Assembly (NCBI GenBank): GCA_000165425.1
Contig: CT868074.1
Location: 372,001 to 436,000 of the forward strand
Origin: Paramecium tetraurelia
Lineage: Eukaryota
Direction of reading: 5' to 3'
DNA: 64,000 nt
In this document: piece after piece, positions 42,257-54,545 of the stretch
Layout of the letters: the number at the start of each line of letters is the position of its first letter
Position numbering within the stretch: the first letter of the stretch is position 1
The notes under the pieces: generated by a model
Database searches by the model: none
Seen by the model: the letters and a program-made list of their open reading frames with translations, nothing else
What the model was told of the DNA's origin: nothing
Made by a program: the position numbers and the translations under genes

Positions 42257-44778
42257 TCATTTCTTTATATACGATTGTTAGAAGCAAGGGCATTCAGATT
42301 TTTCAAAATAAGGAAATTTATCAGTATTTCTCAAGCAATTCAACCAAATTTATTTTGTCAAGTACTTAAATATCTTGTATTTTTCAACTATAATTTTAAA
42401 ACTGAGTTGTTTAATCATCAAAGATCGTAAATTATGTGATTAAATTACTGATTTCAATTCTACTTCATCTGTTGGATCCGCAGTCAATTTAAACAAATTT
42501 TCAAGCAATTTAGCTAAACTAATCAAAGGAACAAAGCTCTTTAGAGTATTCAAATTGAAATTTTTCCAAGTCTCAACATAATTCTCAAATTCGACATTAG
42601 TCTTACCTTACCTATCAGACTGAATCTACTCCATCTGTTTTAAGCTTGATATTTCATCATGTTAAGATTCTTTTTATTATTTTATTTAATTGACTTGTTA
42701 TTATTGAGTGATTGATCTGGCTTATGATTCTCTTATATCATGAACATCATTTTAAAACTACTGACTTTTAATGAAACTTTAATTAACAATTGGATTTTGA
42801 GAACCATGCTTACCCCACCAAACTTGCAGTTTCTTTTATGTAATTTATAATTCATGTATAAATTTGATGCTATCCTTAATCTTGATTACACTACTAATAA
42901 GATCTAAATTGTCATCTGGAAAGAAGTAAATTATTTAAGATACTGCCCCTATCAAATTCAATAAACTTATTAAGACATTAGGAGATTTTAATATAAAATC
43001 ATAATTTGCCAATTTTTTAATGAGATTACAAATTATTTCACAACTTTCTCTATTCAGTTTTCCAATCTCTGGGGATATGTTGAATAATATTTGGGATATT
43101 TCTAATAGTTTACTTTCCTTAATAGATGATAATTCGTTTAAAACTGTATCACAAAGTGCTGTCACCAATAAATCACCCCAACTACCAACAATAATCGGAG
43201 CATCTGTAAAAGTCAAAGTAAATTCTTGATTTGCACATAATTGCTTATTCAATTAAGGTTAAGAACTTAATAATTTGATTAACTTTAATGAAGCTTTTTT
43301 GATATATATTTTTGGATTAAAGTAAGACAATAAAAAAACAATCATTAGATTTGGGACTATGTTATTTAATTATAGATACCATTATGAGCAGTCTTGGAAG
43401 TGAGATAGCTTAAGAAAATAAAAGAGTTTTCAAATTGGGATAATTACTTTTCAAAGGATCCTCTAATAAATTACTATTAGGATTTGTAATAAGAGTAAAA
43501 CTTCTGTGATAGTTATACTATTATTCCTTCTTATATTTATTAGGGTAAATCAATAAACTAAGGGAATGGGTGGTTGAATAGCCGAAAGTACTCTTTAGTT
43601 TTGATCATCTCCTCAAACTCTTTCCCTAAATGCAAGACATCTTTGTAAACAAATCCTATGATTTATATTTATGTTATTACCTTATCCGCCTATTATAAGA
43701 GATGCTAACTTTAAGCATACACTTTAAAGATTATCTTCTATTTAATTAGATATATTGACTAGGCCTCTGAGAAATTACTTAATTCTCTCTGTAGGGAATA
43801 TTGAAAATGCAATCAGTGAAACTAATAATTCTGGAAATAATGGAATTTTTTGTAATATTAACAAAGCTGCGTTAGGAGTTTAAACTAGCAACTTTTAAGT
43901 TAATCTTTAATCTTTGCTACATTATTATTCTTAATTATTTTTCTCTTTAAATTATTCATCTATTTCTTATTCATCTGATTATTTCTACTCATTGGATTTT
44001 ACGTTTTCTTTCTTTTAAAATTTGTCTTCATTATTTAATTCTTCAATTTCTATTTAGAAAAAAAACTCTGATGAAAATAAGGAAGAACTCACTATAGCAA
44101 ATATGCAGGATAAAACGAGATATCGATTTTCAAAATATTTTGCAATATCATTTGGATACTTGCATTGAGGATTGAAACCCTTCCATACATGACCAAATTG
44201 AAATTAATAAGAGTTCCATATGTTGTAATAATATTATGCAAAATATTATAATAGAGTATCATTCTTAACAACTGACTCCTTTTAAGATTAGTAAGTATAA
44301 ATACATCATATCCTAAAGAATCTATTGTGAACCCAAAATGGAAGCACATCTAAAATAGTCTTGTAATTAGTGAAATAATCAGAGGAGGGTCTCGTTCCTA
44401 TGTTTCGTTGTTTGGTTAAGCAATTTTGGTATTCCATAGTATCTCTTTCATTTGCTCCTTAAAATATTCTTCATACAGCACAGGAAATATTGATGTCAAT
44501 ATTCTCAAGCTGTTCTTCCATTATCTATATTGAATATAAGATTGCAATTCAGATTATGTGTCGCAAAGAAATTTATGTAAATATTGGATTATACCCAAGA
44601 TCCTCTTAGGAGATTATTTCAATATATCCCTAATGTCAGAAGGATAAAAAGCATTCAGATAATCTTCTTAAGAGATGTCAAGAAGCAAAATGGACTTCAA
44701 TTCCTCTGCTAAGTTATTTTCATCCTCTTATTTCAATAAATTGACAAACTTAGCCTTTACATTAATTTAATTTCCCAT
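42257..44778 (-). CDS. HID1: HID1/Dymeclin-family protein
   Basis: MGN myristoylation-type start, FYPSDIRDI, LRILTSIFPVLYE, MCFHFGFTI, LCANQEFTLTF...GSWGDLLV. About 800 aa. Confidence 0.7.
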
Positions 44779-44822
44779 TTATTTTATTCTAATTAATTAA
44801 TATGAATAAATAAATTTATATA

Positions 44823-45751
44823 TCATGATAATAAAGATTATTCAATTTTTTAGCATGTCGATTCCAATAATTTTAACAAAGATTTCTCTTATTTCTCTCT
44901 TAAGAATTACTCTTACTAAGAAAATGGATAGAATAATAATGTACTTCTAAATCATTTTAAATAGATTAATCTAAGTCTTGCAATAATCTAATAGTTGTTT
45001 CGTATGATTCTTCTGAGATTCTTTTTTCTTCACTCAACTATTCTTGTAACCTTAAAATTTCTTCCCCAAACCCTCTAATTAATTTTTCAGCATTTTGATC
45101 CCTTATCTACTTTTCTTATTCAAAATAGTATCTTAATTCTTCAAGTTCTTTTTCAATGTTTTCAATTTGCTTCTCCTCATATTCAGTCCTTTAGACATTA
45201 TCTTTTTTTAATTCTCCCTTCATTGCTTGTATTTTATCATCAATTTCAGCAAAAATCTCTTATTCATTCACCTTCCTACTAGAATATTCTTCATTCAAAG
45301 ACAAAGAAAAGTTTTTTTCAATTAAAGTTAATGATTTCAAACTTTTTTCACAAATTAACTACAATTAATTAATATCTAACCTATCTTTAATCCCTTTCGC
45401 TGTATAATGTCTCCTCTAACTTTTCGTATTGCTCATAAAGTAACTAAGGAATTACAATTAATAAATACTCTGAATTTCTAATTATCATTGATCTCTCCTT
45501 TTTGAATTCTCTCCTCTAACAATTTTATTTTTTGGAAATACAAATCTCTCCTACTCTAAATCAATTAGGAATGATATTTACTTTGTCATCTTTAACATTT
45601 GTAGATAATCCTTGCAATACTCGGTTCAACTCATTAATACGATCTTGATTTTAACTAGGTGATACATTTCTCTATTAGATAATGATCAAATCTATACATT
45701 TGAATAGTCAGATTCATCGTGTTTCTTAGTCGCAGTAGCACTTTTGAACAT
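44823..45751 (-). CDS. SF-assemblin-like (striated rootlet/kinetodesmal fibre) coiled-coil protein
   Basis: Periodic E..R...E coiled coil. C-terminal REKQEKSLLKLLESTCQKIE is typical of the family. Confidence 0.7.
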
Positions 45752-45809
45752 TATTTTTAAATTTAATTTAAGGTTAACTGTTTAAATATGTATTATTTAT
45801 TTTATATTA

Positions 45810-46449
45810 ATGTAAGACGAAGAAAAAATATTAGAATAATTAAAAGAACTTGATAAAGCATAAGACAAAAATCCTGTATACCCTATCAATCTAACTTAAT
45901 ATAGGTAACCTTAGCATCCTTGAAAACTTTGAAGTCTGCAATCTATAACAGAGATGTTGATTTATAGACTGTCGTGAAATTAAGAACCTTAAATGAAACC
46001 ACATTGAAATCAGAGAATATTAAAATTTATTTCTGTTCTCTCTGTGGAAAGAAGGCTATTGGAGCAAATATCGGATTAGATACTCTTCCAACCAGAAGAT
46101 CAGATAATAGCATTGCCATCAATTTAAAACAAATATTCGTCCGATTGTTCCTGAAATAGGAAGGCATCAAATATATAAAGCGATCTAATTGTACTATGAT
46201 GTCATATTTTAAGCTGTTGAGAAACAATATCGTTGGTGCTGTGAAGAATGTGGGGTACATGTAGCTTATCAATGTGTGAGCTACGAAGAAGGTGCTTAAT
46301 TAATTTAAGGAAATTCAGATATCTAATTATCAAATAAACCATATCTATACGTGCTTAATGATGCAATTGTGTTAAATTAATAATTTTCAAAAGTACATAG
46401 TGAAATTGCTAAACTCAAAGATCAAATGGAATATGAATAATTAAAATGA
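45810..46449 (+). CDS. STEEP1: STEEP1/CXorf56 (UPF0428)-like protein
   Basis: IYFCSLCG...LDTLPTRRSDNSIAI...YIKRSN.VEKQYRWCCEECGVHVAYQ...YLYVLNDAIV. Two introns. Confidence 0.8.
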
Positions 46450-46573
46450 ATTTAAATAGATTTTTATGTCTTAATAAATAAAATACGTATTCCTATTGTG
46501 TTTAAATTCCAAATAGAAGTTTTTTAAGATATATAATATTTATTGTATATTTATCAAAATTAATATTCAAATC

Positions 46574-47413
46574 TCATTCATACTATTAAAGGCTCAATTA
46601 GTAAATATTCGATAACAAAATCCCTAAGATTATTGGTAAAATGTATTTGAATAACGAGGATCCTAATATTATTAATAAAATCAAACCTTTCTTTAATTTT
46701 GAGATTTCAATTGTATTATATATTTGTTCTCTCTTTCTTTTTTCTTCTGCCTTTTATCATAATGGATAAAATATTACTAGATCAGATTCAATTTGCTTGA
46801 GTTTTTAAACACATTGCACTTAATTATTTAATGGAATAGGTTAAATCATTGACTAATAAGAAGGCTATAGCTCTGTTCTACTGTTTGTCTATGAAAAATG
46901 CTTAACATTTATTTACAAGAACTGATGTATGACTAGACGCTAAGTTATTACCATAGATTGGTATTTTTTTGCCAAATTCTTCTTTTAATACCCCTGTATA
47001 TAATTTAATATTAAAACACGTTTAAGATTGAAAGAGATTCTCAATTTCAGCCATCTAATGATATAATTAATTTTACTGATTTTTTCTCTGGAACACCAAT
47101 AGCATAAATTAAAAATTTTTAATTGACGATATGCTTTGGGTCTAAATTCTTCCTATATTCTTATTTATAATTTACTTTTGCTCTATCAGTTGTGCTGAAT
47201 TCAACATTTTCAGATTGGAGAGGCGAAATTATTCCTCGACTTTGTTTGACAGAAAATAGTTCTGGTTTAGTGGATTTAATCTATTAAATAAGGTTTTTCT
47301 CAAACTTTATAAGCCAAGTATAGGGATGTGACATTCTTTAAACTTATGTTGTAAGGAATATAAAGGTCATTTTTTAATTCGAACATAATCTCAGTTGATG
47401 AAACTTCAAGCAT
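46574..47413 (-). CDS. MSP-domain tail-anchored protein (VAP/Scs2-like)
   Basis: ISLKNVTSLYLAYK|IKSTKPELFSVKQSRGIISP (MSP signature), then coiled coil and C-terminal TM YILPIILGILL. Confidence 0.8.
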
Positions 47414-47631
47414 ATTTAAAATAAATTATATATTTTAATTTTTCAATTAGAAATATTTTATTCTCTTTTTTTAGTAAAATATTTATTAAATTAATAAGAA
47501 GTACAAAAGTTACAATTTTCTCCTCTCCAAATTATCTTATTATGGATTTGATTATTATAATTATATTTAAACTATCAAGATTATGTTATAAAAACATCTA
47601 TTCAATTAAATATAATCTATTATATTAATTA

Positions 47632-48441
47632 ATGAATTTTAAGAAAGAAACTTTAGAATTACTTGGATATGAAAGCAATAAGTGCTCAATTCCAAAAACT
47701 TTACTTGATAACTTTACTGCTTTTTTTACTGAATAATAACAATTACCTCTAGCGAATGAACCTCCCGAATGTAATTATTTCTATACAACTGACCCTAGAT
47801 TTTGAGAATGGATTAATATTTATGTCAGCTATAAGCTAAAGTACCACGCCCTAGGTCTCAGCCTAATAATTAAGGTCTGTGCAATCTAAAGGTTCCAAGG
47901 GAAAGATCAGAACTTTTTTTCCTTAAAGTAATTATCATCCAACACCTTAATTAGAATGGCCCGTTCACAAAGCTAACATGAGTCCCTTTTCATTTTCAAA
48001 ATATTCTCACTTTCAATCTTTGACAAGCCGATATTGGTACTACTTGGACAATAGTAATACTGTATAAGGTAAGATCTATTCTAAAATTTAAGGTCCCTTT
48101 TCTTGTGTGGAAATGGATAACTGGTATCGAAAAAATCTCCTCAATCTTGATCTGTTGATTAGCTACAAGTCTCATGATCTGACTTCGTTTGTGAAAATTC
48201 AAGATATCTTAAAGGATTCCGAAAATCCTAAATGCGATAAAATGTTGCGTCAACTTTATAAAAGAGCATCAAGTGCTAAAAGAATTAGTATATTTTGTAT
48301 TTACAATTAGAAGATCAAAATTCAAGTACTTCACCTGTAAGCAAGGCGTCAACTGAAATATCAACTAGCAACAACAACAGCTGCTAAAAATCTAGATAAC
48401 CCATTTGGGGAGTTGATACCGAGTATTTTTTAGGTTTTTGA
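47632..48441 (+). CDS. GYF-domain protein
   Basis: WYYLDNSNTVQ|GPFSCVEMDNWYRKNLLNLDLLIS matches the GYF consensus, except that GYF itself reads NLL. TGA at 48439-48441. Confidence 0.8.
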
Positions 48442-48613
48442 TTATATATCTATTACATAAAAAATCACAACCCCATCTTAAAACAAGAATAATATTTATA
48501 TTTCTTTAATTTTATATTTATAATTTAATAATTTTAAGAAGGGTAGAAAAACTATAGGGGTTTAATGAACAAACTCTAAAATTTAAAAACAATATTGTTG
48601 AATTTACATCAAT

Positions 48614-51600
48614 TCAATCAGGAGAGTAACTTTCTTAGAATTCTTCTAAAATGGGTCGTTCCATTGTCATCGACAAGTTATTCTTGAAATTCCTTCCATT
48701 AATTTAAATCATTACGTCTAATGCTATGCTTATTTATTCTGGCTATTATTTGTGTTATTCGAATATCTCTGTATTTTTTCCTTAGCATTCTCCAATTTCT
48801 TTTGAAATTATGGTGCGTGTACCAATGACTGGACTGAGATCATTAAACTCCTATTCATCTCTTTATTGCTAACAGCTTATGTTATATATTTTCTGTAATA
48901 TAGCATCAAACTTTACCTAAAACTCATCGATTATTAGGCTTGCTTTTCCTACGCAGACTCCTGTTTAGATTGTTTGGAATTCAGAATATCCTAAAACTGT
49001 TTCTAATCTTGCAACGTTCCTTGCATGATCATCTTTAATAATTTAGTCGAAACTCCATCCTTAAGCCTCTAAGGTGCCTTTTTTTGTATCTCTACTGAAT
49101 CTCCTTTGGAATTACTGTCAAAGGAAATCTTATTCCTATAGTTTCTTATGTTACTATTACAGTTCTATGGTATCGATTTTCTTTTGCAACTTAATAATAT
49201 CTTCAGCCTAGGAATTTTTTTGTTTTATGGCATTTTCCAACTATTATCTTGTTTATAATAATGAATTGTGCATTTCATTTCTTTCTTGCATCAACTATTT
49301 GACAGTACATTCTAACTGGTATTCTCTGGAGAGAGGATTAAAAGATGAACTTTCCTGTTGTTATAATATAAAAAATAAGAATGATATAATACTAAGATTT
49401 TTGGGTCTCTAAAGTAAACATCAATTGCTGATTAATTTAAGTAAGAAATTATTATTATTTCTCTGAATCATGCTTATATTTCTGAAATTCAATTGTTAAA
49501 TCTTCCTAAAATTGTTAAATCAACAAAATTTACTAATTATTTTTCAAGATTCTATTTCAATTAAGCCATTTCGCTCTTTTTTTAAGTATAAGATAGTTTC
49601 AACTTTTACAACTTTTCTCTTTCTTTTATTTGATACATAGAAAACTAATCTTTAACTGTCACCATGATTTAATATATTTCCTACACCTTTTCTTATTCAA
49701 TTTAAAGTTATCTCCTTAATTTTGACATCACTTCCTGTATTTGATAGAGTACATGTGGATCTTCCATTTTATCCCCTAGCATAGCCAATAATTTCTCAAC
49801 ATCTGATATCTCCTCATTTTCTTAAGTTGATTTTATTAAAGTTTATTCATTTTCATCAAATTTTATGTTTAATTCATCTTCGTCTGTTTAAAATGAGAAA
49901 TTATCTATATCTAATAATTTATTGGATTTTGGCGATGGAGGTTAGGAATCTAATTGAAATGATACATTCTTTTTCTTATTCTATGAATTTGCTAATTGAG
50001 TGATTATTTAATCTGAACTAAGATCCTTTATTAGAACTGAATCTAATTTTGTTAGTGTTTCTGTAAAATTAATTATGCTTTAGAATGTTCTTTCCTCAAT
50101 ATCCTTATCATATTGCTCAGTCATGAATATATCCTTAGTTGATTCTGAATCTGAAGGACAATAATTGAATTAATTCTTGAGATTGAGATTAGCAAGGAAG
50201 AAATCCAAATCTTGTTTTGTTGAGGAGAGAGCCCTACGAAAATCAAACAATTTTTATTCATTCTCTAAAATTTGAGTTTTTAATTATTCATTTTCAAAAA
50301 TGAATTTTTGATTATTTTTTAAGCATTCAGACAATTATTATTTTAAATGTTCTTCATTGAACTTCTATTTAACAATCTTGTCTTATAACTCATCAATTCT
50401 ACTTTAATAATTTATTTAAAGAGCAGCCATTTCTGTTTTTTGGAATTCTAATTCTTCTTGTAAATTTACAACTAATTTATGCTCTTTTAATAATTATAGA
50501 GAAGAATGTTATTTAGATTAAGCAATATTTTATTAAGATCCCTGATTTGAATTACCTTTTTCGAAGGAAACTGAAGTGTTGTTCTCTACTTTCTCCATTA
50601 ATTTATTGATAATTTCATCTTATTCTACTATCTTTTACTCTGCAATATCGAGCAAGGCTTGTAATTCCTTAGCACTTTTCTCTGCATTAATAGTAGGTTT
50701 ATTTTTGATAGCTTTAGCCCTTGCTCCGAATCTTAAAGTACTTATAGTTTCTTTATCATTATATGAACACATTGAACAAGCAACTACTAAAGTGGTTTTT
50801 GCATTCCCTCCAAGTGATTCACTTAATATTCTTGTTAATTTAGAGTCTCTATAAGGGATATGTTCCTTTTTATCAGAAGTTAAAGCATTAATAACCATAC
50901 CCAAACAAGTTAATGATTTATTAATATTCTTGGCTTCCTCTAGTTGTTAACCAGAAACATTGGTTTTTGCTACTTTTTCTGATCCTGCCAAATCCACAAA
51001 GTACAATTTGCTTAGCTTACTAGAATCTGTTTTTATATTCTTTTCACTCACTTAAATTTGGAATAGAGAATGGGATCTAGAGGATCTTTCATTCATTCTG
51101 GTAGCAGCTATAGTTCTATTATTTGACCCTGTCAACATCACCTATTTCATTTCTTCTGGAGATTCAACTTTAATCTCTGTGAGATTCTATACAAAAATTC
51201 CTCTTAGTCTATCTTCCTTGATTTTTAAGTTTGTTTTGTTAGTATCTAATAAATCCATTATTTTCTCGTTGTAAATCTCCAAAAAAGACACCTTTACTAT
51301 ATATATCAAGTCATCAGATTTGCCATTCACAACATCGAATAATTCTGTCATAACTCTTGGTATTAATCCTTTAGTCCTTTCATTGGGATTATCTGGGCCC
51401 TACATATTTTCATTCTGTATAGTACTTCCATCGTAAATGTTTTTCCTGATGAAGTTTAGCCATAAGCAAAAATAGTTCCATTATAACCATTCATCACACT
51501 ATCTAAAATGGGTCTTCCTACTTCTTCAAATACATCTGCTTATTCTGAATCTGGTCCAAATATGCGATCGAATGTAAAATCTTATTTATCATTGGAGCCA

Positions 51601-51750
51601 ACCTAAATTAATTGATAGACTCAGATCTCATACTGTGACAGTAATTTATTTATCGTTATACGTAACACAGCATTCCCCTCCTTGTTACATTTCAAGAGAG
51701 TTGAGTGGCCTTAATCTAGCAACGACTTTTATATTTTAGCCTTCCTTCAT
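48614..51750 (-). CDS. N-terminal-motor kinesin (kinesin-1-like)
   Basis: [71 protein letters not shown]. Coiled-coil tail. Confidence 0.95.
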
Positions 51751-52450
51751 CCAAAAATATAATAATATATTGAATAGGCTTATTTTAGCAATTAAAATTA
51801 TACTCATTTCATCATTGATTGTGTATGAGATTTTTTCTAGTTTATTGATTCTAACTATATTTCTATGTGGGACATCCTTTAAATTGTCGATATATTCTCA
51901 TTTTAATAAATAGAAATAGTAATAATTGATTAATGTCGTAAACTCTGAAATCTTAATACATATTATGGATAAATAGGGGAGGGGTAATAGAATGAATTGA
52001 TATGAAAAAAATGGAAGATGGCAAATTGTGATAATAAAGTACAAATAAGAATGAATAAATACTTTGACAAAATTTAATTAAGGAGTTTTGTTAATCTAAC
52101 GACATAATTGGAATTCTTGAATAAAAATAATTAATCAAAATTTTTATTATACATGATACAGATTAATTTAATACTTAATTCTTATAAGTTTGTATGATAC
52201 TAGAATTTTTAGATTGTTGATGGGATCACATTCACAAAGATGGAGAAATTGAAGCTTAAGTGAACGAACACCACAATTATAAATAATATTGACAGATACA
52301 ATATTGATTTTTATTCGAAGATACTAATAAAAAATTAGAACTACACAAGGGATACCATTAATGTTTAGTGATATAACGGCAATTTTGTCATTTTAAAGCA
52401 GTTATTGAATATTTATATCAAATAATAAATATATCATTCCTTAATTGAAG

Positions 52451-54043
52451 ATGGGCTGTGCTGCTGCTAAACCTGAAAAAAAACAGAGTAAATAGGACTC
52501 TCCTTGTAGTCAACCAAAGGAAACTAGACAATCTTCTGTTTATCTGATGTAAGAAACTGAAAAAATTGAAGCAGACTATATTTTCCATGCATTAGAACCC
52601 ATCATAAGTACGCTATTTATAAAATAACTAAAATAGCTCGAAGAAACTACATTAAAAAAGCTGTTTCCAAGAGCAACAACGCAACTCGAATCGTAAAAAA
52701 TTTTAACTGTTTAAATCTTGGCTCCGAGGACAAGTACGAGTTAGAAAGCGCAGTGAATCATTTATTACGAATTGTAGATCTCATCATATATATTATAGAA
52801 ACATCTAAACTTGATCAACACATTATCCTACTATTATAATGACAACAAATTACTATTAGTGAGTGAATTTTGCGAAGGAGGCAATCTATTATCTCGTTTG
52901 GATCATTTTAGCTCCCTTTAACAATACAATATGATTGATGTGTTCTGTTAGATTATGGCTGGAGTACAATATTTACACAATCAAGGAATTGCACATGGGT
53001 ATGTTAGGTTATGAAATTTTAGTAACATCCAGCTGGAAAGCATAGTATTTAAGGAGAAATCCATGGAAAATGTGAAACTATTAGACTTTGGAATTCCAAA
53101 TTCTGTGAAATCAAAATGTTTATAATGGAAACCCAATGGGGGTATTCAAGAGATATCATTCAAATCCCCTGAAGCCCTAAGAACATCTGGTCTTGCCACC
53201 GCTAAATCCGACATCTGGTCATGTGGCTGTCTCTTGTATTTCTTTTTGACTTCTCATATGCCATTTTAAGCAAGAGATGTCTAAACCTTAAAAACGGCAA
53301 TATAAAGAGGAATAGTTAGTTTCGAAGGCTCGGAATGGTCACATATCAATCCAGAAATGAAACTATTAGTTAGCAAAATGCTTAGTTCCAATCCCTAAAC
53401 TCGTCCTACAGCAGCAGAAGTCATCAATAACCCAATTTTTGTGAACAGGGGTAGAATATTAACTAAACCTAATAAACAACTCTCCAAAAATATGAAGGAT
53501 TTTAAGGTATTTTGATTGCTTATTGGTTTAGCAACAATCCTAAATGCAAAATGCCATGCTAAATTATATAGCAGAAAACATGTTGTAAGAACAAGATAAG
53601 AAGAAATTAATGGAAGAATTCTAAAAATTCGATTTGAACAAAGATGGTTTACTCACAAAGGATGAGCTTTTAAAGGTCTACACTACCATGTATACATCTG
53701 AATAAGCTATTTAAGAGGTAGACGCCATTTTCTCTAAAATTGATTAAAATGGTAGTGGTAAAATTGACTACTAAGGTATAAAATTAGTATATTATTATTA
53801 GAGTTCGTCTTAGCAACTATTGATCAAAAAAAATATTTCAATCGAGAAAAATTGCTCTTGCTGTTTCAATAAATTGACAGAGATCATAGTGGTTAACTTA
53901 GTAAGTTAGAAGTCAAGAAACTATTGAGGGACATGCAAGTGCCTAAAGAAAAACTAGATCAACTCTCAAAATAATTAGACTAGGATGGGGATGGACAGAT
54001 AACTCAAGAAGAGTTTCTATAAATAATGTTATCCATTGCATGA
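52451..54043 (+). CDS. Calcium-dependent protein kinase (CDPK)-like protein, probable pseudokinase
   Basis: MGC start. Kinase fold with HGNIQLES in place of HRDLKPEN; DFG and SDIWSCG retained. Four EF-hands (DLNKDGLL, DQNGSGKI, DRDHSGQL, DQDGDGQI). Confidence 0.85.
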
Positions 54044-54545
54044 AAATGTTCGTTATTATATTTATATTAAGTGTTATTAAAATATGATATAAAATTCTGT
54101 AATTTAATATTATGTAAAATTTAATTAAAATTCGTACATTTATAATAACGATGTAATATTAAAACTGGATTTCAATTCCTTATTTAAATATTGAATGAAA
54201 GCATCATATCCAATTAAAATATAAGGAACTAAGTTATCAACACTATTTATTTTGAATTAATCTTTTGAGAATCTATTAAATTAATAATTATTGAATTGTA
54301 TCAAAATTACTAAAAGTAATTTCGAAAAATTTAAGGCAATTATTGATACTAAATGTTGCAATGTATAAATTCAATAACTCACCTTCTTAATTAGAGCATG
54401 TTAAGAAGTTGCAATTAGAGTTTTAATTAATCTTATATATAACTCACAGTTATTGTTAATCTTAATTAGATCTAGATATTTAAATAAATCTAATAATTTT
54501 TAACAAGATTTTGCTGAATTCTATTATTGATTCTCTCATTAATTA

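Noticed and set aside
5711..51750. Functional cluster of secretory/trafficking genes (syntaxin, HEATR5-like, trichocyst protein, HID1, STEEP1, VAP, kinesin)
   Set aside because: Interspersed with unrelated genes over 46 kb. Such genes are common and there is no evidence of co-regulation.
51751..52450. Unusually long intergenic gap as possible ncRNA or gene remnant (likewise 3924-4534, 8680-9225, 54044-54545)
   Set aside because: No convincing ORF, tRNA, snoRNA box pair or hairpin was recognised by eye. Needs Infernal/tRNAscan and RNA-seq.
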